Part shown: one piece after another, positions 41,711 to 52,916 of the stretch
Position numbering within the stretch: the first letter of the stretch is position 1
Layout: the number at the start of each line of letters is the position of its first letter
Source: Syntrophales bacterium
GTDB taxonomy: Bacteria > Desulfobacterota > Syntrophia > Syntrophales > UBA4778
NCBI GenBank assembly: GCA_041946925.1
Contig: JBHGBI010000005.1
Location: 4,128 to 68,127, forward strand
Reading direction: 5' to 3'
DNA: 64,000 nt
Translations under genes and position numbers: made by a program
The notes under the pieces: generated by a model
What the model saw: the letters and a program-made list of their open reading frames with translations, nothing else
Databases searched by the model: none
What the model was told of the DNA's origin: nothing

Positions 41711-41800
41711 CCGTTCAGGCTAACGGCTGAGGCGCAAGGTACGGAAGGGGAAACTGAAAAGTGAGAAAAAGAGCATCAGCCTGACATCTTCAGCCTGTCT
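41711..41800 (-). repeat. Paired heptamer repeat element after frr
   Basis: mRNA: AGGCTGAAG..AGGCTGATG after the stop, then TTGCGCC TCAGCC GTTAGCC. Confidence 0.55.
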
Positions 41801-41812
41801 TATTGAACCGCG

Positions 41813-42373
41813 TCAGATTTCCATGATCTCCTTTTCCTTAGCCGCCAGGATCAGGTCTGTTTTCTTGATGTAATCATCCGTCATCTTTTGCACATCTTGT
41901 TGATTCTTATAGAGCTCGTCTTCGGAAATCCGGTTCTCTTTTTTCATGCTCTTCAACTGCTCATTGGCATCCCGTCTGGCGTTTCTCAGCTTTACTTTGC
42001 ACTCCTCCGACATTTTCCTGACTACCTTGACGAGCTCCTTTCGACGCTGTTCTGTGAGGGGAGGGATCGTGATCCGGATCAATTTCCCGTCACTGCTGGG
42101 CATCAGGCCTAATTCCGATTTTTGGATGGCCTTTTCAATCCCGCCCACGATGCCGCTGTCCCATGGCGAGATGAGTATCTGGCGGCTCTCCGGGATAGAC
42201 AGAGAGGCGAGTTGGTTTAAGGGAGTGGGGGTTCCGTAATAATCCACTTTGATCCCGTCCAGAAGAGCGAGTGAGGCGCGCCCCGTTCTTACCTTGCTCA
42301 GGGATTTCTCGAGTGACTGAATGTCCCTTTCCATTGTGTCTTTTAAGGTCTTGAATATCTTGTCTTCTTCCAT
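41813..42373 (-). CDS. frr: Ribosome recycling factor
   Basis: RTGRA, VDYYG.PTPL, IPPLTEQRRKEL, RNARRD. Confidence 0.98.
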   Translation of the reverse strand: MEEDKIFKTLKDTMERDIQSLEKSLSKVRTGRASLALLDGIKVDYYGTPTPLNQLASLSIPESRQILISPWDSGIVGGIEKAIQKSELGLMPSSDGKLIRITIPPLTEQRRKELVKVVRKMSEECKVKLRNARRDANEQLKSMKKENRISEDELYKNQQDVQKMTDDYIKKTDLILAAKEKEIMEI

Positions 42374-42376
42374 AAA

Positions 42377-43099
42377 TCAGCCTCCCCCGACCCACGTGCC
42401 GATACGATGGCCGCATACTATTTTCTTAATATTCCCTTTGCTCTTTAGATTGAATACGACTATGGGAAGTCCATTATCTCTGCACAAGGAGATCGCAGTT
42501 GAATCCATTACCTTGAGATTTTTTGATAATACATCTATATAGCTTATATTTTCATAGAATGATGCATCGGGATACTTCATGGGATCCTTATCGAAGATCC
42601 CCTCTACCTTTGTGGCTTTCAATATCACATTCGCCTGGATTTCCACGGCTCTCAGGGCCGCTGCCGTGTCAGTCGTAAAATACGGATTGCCCGTACCAGC
42701 CGCGAAAATTAGGATACGCCCCTTCTCAAGATGTCTCAGGGCCCTGCGGTATATATAGGATTCGGCGATATCTTTGATTTCAATCGCCGACATTACCCGG
42801 GTCGGGATTCCCGCAGACTCAATTACATTCTGCAGGGCGATGCTGTTGATAACGGTTGCCAGCATGCCCATATAATCAGCGGACGTCCTGTCTATTCCTT
42901 CCGTATAAAGGTTCTGGCCGCGAAAAATATTGCCGCCGCCGACGACTATGCCTGTCTGGACTCCCAGCCCCGATATCTCCTTCAGTTCATCCGAAATCGT
43001 TCTGAGGACATCCATATCGATGATCGTATCCGGATTCTGCCCGGAAAGCGCCTCACCGCTCAATTTCAAGAGGATCCTCTTGTATATGGGTTTATCCAT
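42377..43099 (-). CDS. pyrH: Uridylate kinase
   Basis: [33 protein letters not shown]. Confidence 0.98.
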   Translation of the reverse strand: MDKPIYKRILLKLSGEALSGQNPDTIIDMDVLRTISDELKEISGLGVQTGIVVGGGNIFRGQNLYTEGIDRTSADYMGMLATVINSIALQNVIESAGIPTRVMSAIEIKDIAESYIYRRALRHLEKGRILIFAAGTGNPYFTTDTAAALRAVEIQANVILKATKVEGIFDKDPMKYPDASFYENISYIDVLSKNLKVMDSTAISLCRDNGLPIVVFNLKSKGNIKKIVCGHRIGTWVGGG

Positions 43100-43190
43100 G
43101 ATCCGCTTATTGTTTGAAGTCTTGACGGAGTTCTTCTCGGCTTTTCCAAAGCCAGGGCTGAAAGGCCCCTCAGCCTATTTGCATGCCTGT

Positions 43191-43793
43191 TTATTTGAGT
43201 TCTTCCCCGAGCTGAAAACGGGCGAATCTCCTTATGACGATATTTTCTCCTGTTTTCGCAATCAGATTATTGACCAGGGTTCCTACCGTCAAGTCCGTAT
43301 TCTTGATGAACTTTTGGTCCAGAAGACAGACATCTTCGAAATATTTTTTCATCTTGCCGACGATGATCTTGTCCACTACCTTCTCCGGCTTTCCTTCAGC
43401 CAGGACCTGGCTCTTGTAAATATCCTTTTCCTTCTCGAGGACCGCTTCCGGTATATCTTCCGATTTTATATAAAGGGGATTGGATGCGGCGATGTGCATG
43501 GCGATATCTTTCGCCAAGGTCTTAAAATCATCCGTTTTGGCGACAAAATCGGTCTCGCAGTTGAGCTCCACAAGAACCCCGATCCTGCCCTGCATGTGAA
43601 TATACGCAGCAACAGTTCCTTCTTTCGCCGCCTTGGAAGATCTCTTCGTTGCAGCCGACATTCCCTTTTTTCTCAGGTATTCGACCGCCTTTTCATAATC
43701 GCCGTTCGAGGCCTGCAGCGCTTCCTTGCAGTCCATCATGCCCGCGCCTGTTTTTATCCTGAGTTCCTTCACCATAGATGCGGTAATTTCCAA
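43191..43793 (-). CDS. tsf: Elongation factor Ts (short form)
   Basis: VKELR.KTGAGMMDCK and ELNCETDFVA. Confidence 0.98.
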   Translation of the reverse strand: MEITASMVKELRIKTGAGMMDCKEALQASNGDYEKAVEYLRKKGMSAATKRSSKAAKEGTVAAYIHMQGRIGVLVELNCETDFVAKTDDFKTLAKDIAMHIAASNPLYIKSEDIPEAVLEKEKDIYKSQVLAEGKPEKVVDKIIVGKMKKYFEDVCLLDQKFIKNTDLTVGTLVNNLIAKTGENIVIRRFARFQLGEELK

Positions 43794-43885
43794 TTTTTCC
43801 TCCTTCCAAAACAGTTCTAAACTTAAACACCCTCGTCTGGTTCTAAAATAGGTTGACCGAAATCAAATGTTTGCTTAATGCCCGA

Positions 43886-44701
43886 TCAGGACGTTTCTTC
43901 CGGGGCGGTTTCTTCCATGTCTTTTGTTTCGATGCTCTCCGGAACATCCACCTCCGCCGTGTTTCCCGCTATCGCCTCTTCGGGTTTCTTGTCGGATTGC
44001 GCCTGAATGCTTTCTTCAAGAAGCTTCTTTCCATCAAGAACGGCGTCCGCGATTTTCATGGAGAACAATTTGATCGCTCTGATTGCGTCGTCGTTTCCAG
44101 GGATGATGTAATCGATATCATCGGGGTCGCAGTTTGTATCCACAATGCCAACGATGGGTATGTTCAGCTTTCTTGCCTCTCTTACGGCAATGCTCTCCTT
44201 TTTGGGATCAACGACGAAAATCGCTGCCGGCAGATCCTTCATGGTCCTGATACCCCCCAGAACCTTCTCCAGTTTGTCCCTCTCTTTTCTCAAACCGAGA
44301 ATTTCTTTTTTGGGGAATGCGTTGATAGATTCGTCCTGAAACATGCGGTCGAGCGTGTTTAAGCGGTCTATGCTCTTCTTGATCGTACTGAAATTCGTCA
44401 GCATCCCTCCGAGCCACCTCTGGTTGACATACGGCATACCCGCTCTTTCGGCTTCTGTCTTGATCGATTCCTGGGCCTGTTTCTTCGTCCCCAGAAAGAG
44501 AATTTCTCCTCTTTCAGCCACTGTCTTTACAACGAAATTATAAGCCACATTGAACAATTCGACCGTCTGTTGAAGGTCGATAATGTAGATGCCGTTGCGC
44601 GCCCCGAATATGTAGGGCTTCATCTTGGGGTTCCACTTGTTCGTCTGATGCCCGAAATGAACCCCGGATTCGAGCAGCAGTTTCATGGAAACATAGGACA
44701 T
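43886..44701 (-). CDS. rpsB: 30S ribosomal protein S2
   Basis: [40 protein letters not shown]. Confidence 0.98.
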   Translation of the reverse strand: MSYVSMKLLLESGVHFGHQTNKWNPKMKPYIFGARNGIYIIDLQQTVELFNVAYNFVVKTVAERGEILFLGTKKQAQESIKTEAERAGMPYVNQRWLGGMLTNFSTIKKSIDRLNTLDRMFQDESINAFPKKEILGLRKERDKLEKVLGGIRTMKDLPAAIFVVDPKKESIAVREARKLNIPIVGIVDTNCDPDDIDYIIPGNDDAIRAIKLFSMKIADAVLDGKKLLEESIQAQSDKKPEEAIAGNTAEVDVPESIETKDMEETAPEETS

Positions 44702-44726
44702 GAGCGTATTCTCCTTTTTTGTTTTT

Positions 44727-44800
44727 TATTCCACCATCCCTGTCATCTCGTTCCGGAACTTTCATCAAGCAACGCCGGAGCGATCGAAGGATGTGTGAGA
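44727..44800 (-). ncRNA. rpsB 5' leader (t44/S2-autoregulatory-like)
   Basis: CACACAUCCU...CUCCGG...CCGGAA...AGGGAUGGUGGA long stem directly upstream of the rpsB SD, similar in layout to known rpsB leaders. Confidence 0.6.
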
Positions 44801-44854
44801 TGCGGCACGCAAATAACACATACAATCGAATTTATCAAGGCAAAAAACCGTCAA

Positions 44855-46060
44855 TCATGTATGATATTCAGCATTAATACGAATGTACTCGTAGGACAGG
44901 TCGCAGGTGAAGACGCTGAATGACCGCTTCCCGGCCCCCAGCCTGACCAGGACCCGTATATTTTTTTTCTTCATTGCCTCGCGAAGTCCCGCGGAGTATC
45001 GCGCAAGACCCATGCCCTTTTTGAACACGGGGATGTCTTCTATATAGAGTTCAGCGTTATCCCCGGAAATTGAAACACCGGCTGAACCGGCAGCGGAAAT
45101 GATCCTGCCCCAGTTCGGGTCCTCGCCGAAGAACGCGGTCTTCACCAGATTTGACCGTGCTACTGCATACGCGATTTTTTCGGCATCGGCCGCGGTTCGC
45201 GCACCTTCCACCATGACCTCGATCAATTTTGTGGCCCCTTCTCCGTCGAGGACCATCGCCTTCGCGAGACCGGACATGACATCATGAAGCATTTCTTTGA
45301 AAACCGCGTAATCCGCGGAAGGTTTTCTCAACGGCCGGTTTCCGGCGAAGCCGTTCGCCAGGATCAGGGCTGTATCATTGGTGCTCATACATCCGTCAAC
45401 CGTTATCGCATTGAAAGTCCTGTCGACGGACTGCCTGAAGAGGGCATCCAGGTTTCGCGCATCAATAGCCGCATCAGTAATGATTAGTGAAAGCATCGTA
45501 GCCATGCGCGGCTCGATCATTCCCGCGCCTTTTGCAATCCCGCATACAGTCACCTCCCTGGAATCCAGTACTGCTCTACGGATCTCCATTTTGGGAAATC
45601 TGTCCGTCGTCATGATAGCCTTTGCGGCATCGGGAAATCCATCCCCGGTAAGGGCCCGGACCAGCGGGCCGACTTCCTTGATGATACGGCGCACCGGAAG
45701 CCTCTCCCCTATTTTCCCGGTGGAAGCGACGAGGACATGGTCCTCTCTGATATTCAACTTTGCGGCGACAACCCCGGATACAGCCACAGCATCCCTGAAT
45801 CCCTTTTCCCCGGTCGCGGCATTGGCATTGCCGCTGTTTATGACAACCGCCTGAGCGACGCCTTTTCTGATCCGTTCCTGAGAAAGAAGAACAGGGGCTG
45901 CCTTGAATGCATTGGTCGTGAATACTCCCGCTGTCGAGGCCGGGACCTGGGAATAAACGAGGGCAAGGTCTTTCCTGCGACCCTCCTTAATCCCGGCATG
46001 TATTCCGCTCGCCAGGAAACCCGGAACAATCAACTTAGCATTCTTCATACAATTCCTCAT
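44855..46060 (-). CDS. argJ: Bifunctional ornithine acetyltransferase / N-acetylglutamate synthase
   Basis: INSGNANA.TG, IMTTD, KGAGMI.P.MATML, STND, DGEGATK, DPNWGRI. Confidence 0.96.
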   Translation of the reverse strand: MRNCMKNAKLIVPGFLASGIHAGIKEGRRKDLALVYSQVPASTAGVFTTNAFKAAPVLLSQERIRKGVAQAVVINSGNANAATGEKGFRDAVAVSGVVAAKLNIREDHVLVASTGKIGERLPVRRIIKEVGPLVRALTGDGFPDAAKAIMTTDRFPKMEIRRAVLDSREVTVCGIAKGAGMIEPRMATMLSLIITDAAIDARNLDALFRQSVDRTFNAITVDGCMSTNDTALILANGFAGNRPLRKPSADYAVFKEMLHDVMSGLAKAMVLDGEGATKLIEVMVEGARTAADAEKIAYAVARSNLVKTAFFGEDPNWGRIISAAGSAGVSISGDNAELYIEDIPVFKKGMGLARYSAGLREAMKKKNIRVLVRLGAGKRSFSVFTCDLSYEYIRINAEYHT

Positions 46061-46077
46061 TCAAATCTCTGGAGAGC

Positions 46078-46118
46078 AAAAAAAGAAGGCTCAACCCCTT
46101 CGCCTTCAACCCTTGGCC
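46078..46118 (-). terminator. secA terminator overlapping a heptamer array
   Basis: mRNA GGCCAAG GGTTGAA GGCGAAG GGGTTGA GCCTTC TTTTTTT; stem GAAGGC/GCCTTC plus U7. Confidence 0.65.
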
Positions 46119-46127
46119 TATTTTACC

Positions 46128-48650
46128 CTATTTTCCGCAGCACTTCTTATATTTGCGTCCGCTGCCGCAGGGACACGGATCATTCCTGCCCACTTTTTTG
46201 CCGTCTCTTCTGACTGCGCAGACCGGGGATTCAGAAGAGGCCGACTCTCCGCGGCTCATGACAAAATCTTCAGTGGGACTGTACATGTTGGTGAATTCCG
46301 CATCCTTCTCGATTCTGACCATGCACAATTTGCTGACAGCATCCATTTTAATCCGGCGGATCATGTCCGCGAACATCTCGTAGCCCTCTTTCTGATATTC
46401 ACGGATCGGGTCTTTCTGCCCGTAGCCCCTCAGACCTATTCCTTCCCTCAAATGGTCCATCGCCAGCAGGTTGTCCTTCCATTGCATATCGATCGACTGC
46501 AGCATTATATATTTCATAAGATAATTCATCATCGGTTTACCGAATTCGTTTTCCTTGGACAGGAGCAGGTCCTTGACACCGGAGATAATCTTCTCGCGGA
46601 TCGCCTCGCTTCCCATGCCGTCCGTGGACCGGCTGATATTGAGTTTCAGAGAGAATTGTTTATAAATGACATCGTCCAGGCCTTTGAGATTCCATTCCTC
46701 AGGATGGGCTTTTTCATTGATAAACTCCGCAACAAGGTCATCGACGACATCCTCGAGCATTTCCTCCATTATCAGCGGCAGGTCCTCCCCCTTGAGCACG
46801 TTTCTGCGCTGCTCATAAATGACCTGGCGCTGTTTATTCATGACATCATCGTATTCCAGCAGGTGCTTGCGTATATCGAAGTTTTGTCCTTCGACCCGCT
46901 TCTGGGCGTTTTCAATGGCTTTTGAGATGAGCCTGTGTTCTATCGGCTGACCTTCCTCAAAGCCGATTTTATCCATGATCGATGAAATCCTGTCCGCGCC
47001 GAAAATGCGCAGCAGGTCGTCTTCCAGCGACAGATAAAACCTGGATGAACCCATATCCCCCTGCCTGCCGGACCGTCCCCGGAGCTGGTTGTCTATGCGG
47101 CGGCTTTCATGTCTTTCCGTTCCGAGCACATGTAGACCTCCCAGCTCTGCAATGCCCGGTCCCAGCTTTATATCAGTGCCGCGGCCCGCCATGTTCGTGG
47201 AAATAGTCACGGCGCCCGGCTGGCCCGCAGCCGCTATGATTTCCGCCTCCTTCTCGTGATTCTTTGCATTCAGAACATGGTGTTTGATTCCTTCGCGCTT
47301 CAGGAGCTGACTCATCAATTCTGATTTTTCTATTGATATCGTACCGACGAGGACCGGCCTGCCTTGCCTGTGAAGCGCTTTGATTTCCTCGATAGCCGCT
47401 TTGAATTTTTCTTTTTCCGTTTTGTAAATCACATCCGGATAATCGATTCTGATCATCGGCATATTGGTGGGTATGACGACAACTTCAAGTTTGTATATTT
47501 CCTTGAACTCGGCGGCCTCCGTGTCCGCCGTACCCGTCATCCCGGCCAGTTTTTCATACATGCGGAAATAATTCTGAAAAGTGATAGAGGCCAGCGTCTG
47601 GTTCTCCCGCTCGATCTTCACTTTTTCCTTTGCTTCGAGGGCCTGATGGAGACCGTCGCTGTATCTTCTGCCCGGCATGATGCGCCCGGTAAACTCATCC
47701 ACAATGATCACCTGTCCGTCCTTGACGAGGTAATCGACATCCCTCTTGAAGAGCGTATGGGCCTTAAGCGCCTGGTTCACGTGATGCAGGATTTCAATGT
47801 TGCGGGGATCAAAGAGGTTGGGAACCTTTAACAGTTTCTCCACCTTCGCGACGCCTTCCTCAGTCAGAACCGATGTCCTGCTCTTTTCATCGACGGTATA
47901 GTCCACGTCTTTGCGCAGCCGGGGGATGACCTGGTTGATCCGGTAGTATTTATCGGTGGATTCTTCAGAAGGACCGGAAATGATGAGGGGGGTTCTGGCT
48001 TCATCGATGAGGATGCTGTCCACCTCATCAACGATCGCATAGTGGAAATCCCTCTGGACATAGTCGTCCAGACTGAATTTCATGTTGTCCCGAAGATAGT
48101 CGAACCCGAATTCATTATTCGTTCCGTAAGTCACATCCGCTCTGTACGACCGGCGCCTTTCGTCGTCATCCATCCCGTGGACAATCGTTCCTACCGAGAG
48201 ACCGAGAAATTTGTAAATCGGCCCCATCCACTCGGCATCCCTCCTCGCCAGATAATCATTGACTGTTACAACATGCACCCCTCTGCCGGTCAGGGCATTG
48301 AGATACACGGGCATGGTCGCCGCCAGAGTTTTTCCCTCGCCGGTTTTCATCTCGGCGATTTTTCCTTCATGGAGCACAAGACCTCCAATCACCTGGACAT
48401 CGAAAGGCCTCATCATGAGGGTCCTCCGGGAGGCCTCTCTGGCCACGGCAAAAGCTTCCGCCAGTAAATCGTCGAGGCTGGCACCGTTCGCCAGTTTCTC
48501 CTTGAAATATCCCGTTTTGGCCCGCAGCTCGGAATCGCTCAATTTCTGGACAACAGGCTCGAGCTGATTGATCTCTTCGAGAATAAGAGAAAGCCTCTTC
48601 AATTCCCTGTCATTTTTACTTCCGACTATTTTTGTCAGTAAACTTAACAT
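46128..48650 (-). CDS. secA: Preprotein translocase ATPase SecA
   Basis: [51 protein letters not shown]-terminal SEC-C motif. Confidence 0.99.
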   Translation of the reverse strand: MLSLLTKIVGSKNDRELKRLSLILEEINQLEPVVQKLSDSELRAKTGYFKEKLANGASLDDLLAEAFAVAREASRRTLMMRPFDVQVIGGLVLHEGKIAEMKTGEGKTLAATMPVYLNALTGRGVHVVTVNDYLARRDAEWMGPIYKFLGLSVGTIVHGMDDDERRRSYRADVTYGTNNEFGFDYLRDNMKFSLDDYVQRDFHYAIVDEVDSILIDEARTPLIISGPSEESTDKYYRINQVIPRLRKDVDYTVDEKSRTSVLTEEGVAKVEKLLKVPNLFDPRNIEILHHVNQALKAHTLFKRDVDYLVKDGQVIIVDEFTGRIMPGRRYSDGLHQALEAKEKVKIERENQTLASITFQNYFRMYEKLAGMTGTADTEAAEFKEIYKLEVVVIPTNMPMIRIDYPDVIYKTEKEKFKAAIEEIKALHRQGRPVLVGTISIEKSELMSQLLKREGIKHHVLNAKNHEKEAEIIAAAGQPGAVTISTNMAGRGTDIKLGPGIAELGGLHVLGTERHESRRIDNQLRGRSGRQGDMGSSRFYLSLEDDLLRIFGADRISSIMDKIGFEEGQPIEHRLISKAIENAQKRVEGQNFDIRKHLLEYDDVMNKQRQVIYEQRRNVLKGEDLPLIMEEMLEDVVDDLVAEFINEKAHPEEWNLKGLDDVIYKQFSLKLNISRSTDGMGSEAIREKIISGVKDLLLSKENEFGKPMMNYLMKYIMLQSIDMQWKDNLLAMDHLREGIGLRGYGQKDPIREYQKEGYEMFADMIRRIKMDAVSKLCMVRIEKDAEFTNMYSPTEDFVMSRGESASSESPVCAVRRDGKKVGRNDPCPCGSGRKYKKCCGK

Positions 48651-48750
48651 GTTTTTTAATTTTTCAAAAAAAAACCGGTAATTACTTTACCGGCATCTCA
48701 ATGGATGTCTCTGCCCGAAAAACTCACAAGAATGATCGAAAAAAGCGTTT

Positions 48751-49629
48751 CTACTGCAGGTATCGACGGGGATTAACAGGCACGCCGTTCAATGTTACAC
48801 TGTAATGCAGGTGAGAACCGGTGCTCCGCCCGGAGTTTCCGACATAACCGATCACGTCCCCCCTTTTCACACTCTTTCCCTTTGTAACCGTACTCTTCAA
48901 GAGGTGGGCATAGCCGGTTCTTATTCCCCTCATATGGTCGATCGTAATGTAATGTCCCATATCGGGTCTGTGCACGACCTCCGATACGATTCCGTCCGCC
49001 GGCGCCAGGACCTCTTTTCCTATACGGGCGGCGATGTCGATACCCTTATGGAATTCACTGCGGTCTCCGTACGGCGACATCCTCGATCCAAACTCCGATG
49101 TGACCCAACCCAACACAGGCCAGATCGAAGGAGTCGATGCGAGAATGGATTCCCTTTTTTTCAGATAATCAAGAAGCTCCTTGAAGCTGTTTTCCTGATA
49201 GGATGCATCCTGAAGAAGACGGTCGATGTTCCGGCTGATGCGCTCTACTGACTGATCCTCGTTGTTTTCGGGCATGATACCGCCGATACCGAGCACTTGA
49301 TTTTTGGCCTGTTTCCTGTTGAGGTTGGCCATTGTCCTGATCTTCTGATCCAACTGTTTGAGATCTTCCATTTTCTTTTCAAAATCGCTGACCTTGGCCG
49401 CAAGATGATTGATCTGCTCTTTCTGGCTTTCGGTCAGGCGCTTCAGATAAGAAAGCTCAAAGGCGTCATTCTTAGTCCTGAGATAATCGTATATCATGTA
49501 AGCAGCCGATACAACCGCGAGAGCCATAACTGCGAAGAATGCCCTGACAAGTGTACTGGATGCACTGATTTTCTTGACAGAACTCTTCTTTTGCGGAACA
49601 ATCAAAAATGTATAATGGTTTTTGGCCAT
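48751..49629 (-). CDS. M23 family metallopeptidase
   Basis: N-terminal TM helix, coiled coil, HKGIDI, YAHL, GRSTGSHLHY. Confidence 0.93.
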   Translation of the reverse strand: MAKNHYTFLIVPQKKSSVKKISASSTLVRAFFAVMALAVVSAAYMIYDYLRTKNDAFELSYLKRLTESQKEQINHLAAKVSDFEKKMEDLKQLDQKIRTMANLNRKQAKNQVLGIGGIMPENNEDQSVERISRNIDRLLQDASYQENSFKELLDYLKKRESILASTPSIWPVLGWVTSEFGSRMSPYGDRSEFHKGIDIAARIGKEVLAPADGIVSEVVHRPDMGHYITIDHMRGIRTGYAHLLKSTVTKGKSVKRGDVIGYVGNSGRSTGSHLHYSVTLNGVPVNPRRYLQ

Positions 49630-49767
49630 CTTCTCTTGCGGGGTTTTATTGATTTCTACGACTATTGCGTGATGGCTCTCCCCTGCGCGGCTATCCCGGC
49701 AAGGGCATCTTTCCTGGAGCTTTTATATCTGATCATCGATTATAGGATTTGGGGCAAAACTATAAAA

Positions 49768-49797
49768 AAGATACCATAAATAAAACAAAGCTGTCAA
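49768..49797 (-). promoter_or_regulatory. Putative sigma70 promoter for M23 peptidase-secA
   Basis: TTGACA-N18-TATCTT with an extended TG. Confidence 0.5.
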
Positions 49798-49891
49798 GCA
49801 CGGAATATCTGCGTAATACCAACCACATAGGCAAACTTACACGCTGCCGCGGAATGCCCTATCCCCCGCGGCGGAGGGTTTTGCAAAGCTG

Positions 49892-50053
49892 TCACTTTTC
49901 CGGCTCGAACATGTCTTTAGCCGCACCGCAGACAGGACAGACCCAATCGTCAGGCAGATTCCCGAAAGAAGTCCCCCGCGCTATCCCGTTATCCGGGTCA
50001 CCCGCCGCGGGATCATAAATGTATCCGCAAATGATACAGACGTATTTTTCTAT
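49892..50053 (-). CDS. Rubredoxin (ATA start codon)
   Basis: Not in ORF track. Manual translation: (M)[61 protein letters not shown] 8 nt upstream. Confidence 0.92.
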   Translation of the reverse strand: MEKYVCIICGYIYDPAAGDPDNGIARGTSFGNLPDDWVCPVCGAAKDMFEPEK

Positions 50054-50113
50054 GACTTTATCCTCCTTGCTTGAAAATTCGGAATCAGGCTGAAGGGGGC
50101 GGCATACCTCCCG

Positions 50114-50896
50114 TTAAAGTGCCTGGCAATGCGGACAGAAGAATGTGCCCCTGCCTCCTATTGCGGTCCTCTGTATTGTCGAACCGCAGTGCCGGCAAGC
50201 CTGATCCTTTCTGCCGTATACATGAACACGATTCTGATATTCCCCTTTGTTGCCGAAAAGATCGCGCCAGTCCGAAAATGTCGTCCCTCGGCAGGAGACC
50301 GCTTCGGACAAGACGGCTGTCATCGATTCCGCAATCCGGCTCCATTGCGCTTGCGAAACATCGCAGGCCTTCCGGCAGGGGTGGATTCCCGCGCGGAAGA
50401 GAATTTCACATGCATAGATATTTCCTATTCCGGCGATAACATCCTGATCCATAAGGAACGATTTCACCGGTCGCTTTCTGCCCCGACTGGCGTCTTCGAG
50501 AACAGCCGGATCCCACCTCATCCATGCATCGCGGCCAGCAAGGCATTGATTCTCCCGCGCACGTACTGAAACTGTCGCAAAACGCCGCGGGTCAATAAGG
50601 AATAATCGGCCGGAAGAAAACGTCATCACGAAACGTAAGTGGGGAGGTTGCAGCTCATTGTCCGCCGACCAGTACAGTCTGCCCGTCATCCTCAGATGGA
50701 AAAGGACCTCGATATCCCCGTCCAGCACGATTTTCAGACGCTTGCCATGTCGCTCGACAGACATTACCTTTCTTTTGCTTAGTCCGTCGATATTTCCGAT
50801 CCTTTGATCGAGAACCCGGGTACAGATTATTGTTCCGCCAACAATGATTTCATTCAACTGGCGGCGGAGCGTCTCTACTTCCGGCAACTCAGGCAA
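50114..50896 (-). CDS. mutM: Formamidopyrimidine-DNA glycosylase
   Basis: PELPEVE, HLRMTG, DPRRF, AGIGNIYA.E, C-terminal zinc finger. Confidence 0.95.
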   Translation of the reverse strand: MPELPEVETLRRQLNEIIVGGTIICTRVLDQRIGNIDGLSKRKVMSVERHGKRLKIVLDGDIEVLFHLRMTGRLYWSADNELQPPHLRFVMTFSSGRLFLIDPRRFATVSVRARENQCLAGRDAWMRWDPAVLEDASRGRKRPVKSFLMDQDVIAGIGNIYACEILFRAGIHPCRKACDVSQAQWSRIAESMTAVLSEAVSCRGTTFSDWRDLFGNKGEYQNRVHVYGRKDQACRHCGSTIQRTAIGGRGTFFCPHCQAL

Positions 50897-50932
50897 AAAA
50901 ATGATCTCCTTGCAAACAGATTTTTCCGTCTA

Positions 50933-52876
50933 TCATGATTCCGAGTTGATCGACATGATCCTGTCTCCGACCTCAATGGATGTGCCGGGAGACACGAATA
51001 TCTCCGATATTTTTCCGTTCACGAGCGAGGTGACATTCGAGAGCATTTTCATCGCTTCGAGCACGACCAGTACCTCTCCGGAGACGACTTCATCATTGAT
51101 GGCGACCGGTATCTGGTTTACGGTGCCCTTGATCGGAGATCGGATATCCCCGGATCGCGCCAGCGCCTCGATCTCCTTCGCAGACAGTGTCTTTGCTTTA
51201 TCCCGTTTGGCTGTCCCTTCTTCATCCATCACAGTCAGAACCGGCTCGGGATGATGATCGACTACGAGCAGAGTCACAAAATCGCCCCCTTTTGTCCTGC
51301 GCTGCGGGCCTATCTCGATAACGTGCAACTTCCCGAATGCATCGGCGAACTCGAATTTTTCGCCCAGATTGAATCCACCTCTCCTGAACCACACTTGAGG
51401 CGGCAAGGCCCAGGTCTTGCCGTACTTTTCCTCGAATTTAAAGAAGCTCACGGCATCATTGGGATGCTGCAGGTAAAGGACCAGTTCCTCTTCAGTGGCC
51501 GCTCTGCCGAGACGGTGTTCCAGAACCCTCTTTTCAATTTCCAAATCCACATCTTCTATTTTCTGGTAGCCTCCGTCCCTGCTTATGATCTTCTTCCAAT
51601 CCTTGCCGAATATCGCCTGATAGATCTCGTCGTCCGGTCGGTAGAACGGGAATTCTCCATAACGCTCGAGCATGAGATTCTTCAAATCGTCATTTGCATC
51701 CTTGTATCTTCCGTCTTTGAGGACATTGTTGACTGCCGTAGTCCACAAAATCTGGGATCCGGGAGTAACGCTCCACCAGTTTCCGAGCTCGATCTGAACC
51801 CGCGGCAATTCCTTCTGTAGAATTTCCGGCATGCGATGGAGGAACCCTCCCTTCACAGCCTGTTCAAAACTCGAACCTGTAGCACCCCCCGGCAGCTTAT
51901 GAATCTGGACTGTGGGGTCGAATCCGAGAAACTGGGATTCAAAATCCTTGTAATATTCCCTTTCCGGCCGCAGCCGGTTGGAAGTATCGATTATGGCCTG
52001 ACGATTGAGGCCGACAGGCCGGTAGCCATAATCTTCAAGGGTTTCGACAACGGTCAAAATCGGAGGCGGGCCGTAAAATCCGCAAAAAGCGTGGTCCCCG
52101 GCATCGATGATCTTTGCACCGTTGCGCACTGCCTCCACGATCCTCCCGATATCATTTCCGTCTGTGTTATGACCGTGATAATGTATGATTAGCTCCGGAT
52201 ATTTCTGCAGAATCGCCCTGACCAGATCCCCGATCCTTTTGGCCGTTCCGAGACCGGCGTGGTTCTTAATGCACAGGAGGATATCAGGGCCTGTTACATC
52301 CAGTATTTCTCCGACCTTTTGTACGTAGAAAGCGTCCGTGTGTTCAGGGCCGGTTGAGAAACAGATCGAGGGTTCCAGGATGCACCCCGCCTTTTTCACT
52401 TCTTCGAAGACAGGGATCATGTTGGGGACGTAGTTGAGAAAATCGAACACGCGCCATACATGGACATACTTCGCGAAAGCGTTAACTGTCAGTCGGATGA
52501 CATTTTCCGGATAGGGCCTGTAGCCGAATAAATTGATACCCCTGCAAAGCGTCTGGAACATTGTGTCAGGCATATAGGTGCTTAATATATCGAGTTTTTC
52601 AAGAGGGTTGATTTGCTTGCGAAGCAGATCGACATGCACGGAAGCACCCCCCGTAATCTCAATGGAAAAGAAACCCGCTGCATTGCGCTCTTCGGAAGCC
52701 AGAATCTGCGTGTGTGGCATGATCCGGTTCTTGAAATCCGACTGAGACAGATCTCTTTCGGTATTGGTCACAAAATATCCTTCAGCACGGCGGACAGCCT
52801 CGAGGATGCTACGGACTCCCTCTTTTTTCAGGTCCTTCGGGGTGATCCTTTCATCCTGGTTATAGTGGGACATCAT
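50933..52876 (-). CDS. Biotin-dependent carboxylase, carboxyltransferase + biotin carrier subunit (pyruvate carboxylase subunit B-like, divergent)
   Basis: RD..QS, RG.N..GY..YP, RVFD.LN, CIK..AG, H.H.H, VTP.SQ and biotinyl EAMKM motifs. Confidence 0.85.
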   Translation of the reverse strand: MMSHYNQDERITPKDLKKEGVRSILEAVRRAEGYFVTNTERDLSQSDFKNRIMPHTQILASEERNAAGFFSIEITGGASVHVDLLRKQINPLEKLDILSTYMPDTMFQTLCRGINLFGYRPYPENVIRLTVNAFAKYVHVWRVFDFLNYVPNMIPVFEEVKKAGCILEPSICFSTGPEHTDAFYVQKVGEILDVTGPDILLCIKNHAGLGTAKRIGDLVRAILQKYPELIIHYHGHNTDGNDIGRIVEAVRNGAKIIDAGDHAFCGFYGPPPILTVVETLEDYGYRPVGLNRQAIIDTSNRLRPEREYYKDFESQFLGFDPTVQIHKLPGGATGSSFEQAVKGGFLHRMPEILQKELPRVQIELGNWWSVTPGSQILWTTAVNNVLKDGRYKDANDDLKNLMLERYGEFPFYRPDDEIYQAIFGKDWKKIISRDGGYQKIEDVDLEIEKRVLEHRLGRAATEEELVLYLQHPNDAVSFFKFEEKYGKTWALPPQVWFRRGGFNLGEKFEFADAFGKLHVIEIGPQRRTKGGDFVTLLVVDHHPEPVLTVMDEEGTAKRDKAKTLSAKEIEALARSGDIRSPIKGTVNQIPVAINDEVVSGEVLVVLEAMKMLSNVTSLVNGKISEIFVSPGTSIEVGDRIMSINSES

Positions 52877-52916
52877 TTACTGTATTCTCCTTTACATCTA
52901 ACTATTCGCCAACACG

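Noticed and set aside
43191-43793. Short (200 aa) EF-Ts as a truncation
   Set aside because: The short EF-Ts form is a known normal type and the C-terminus is intact.
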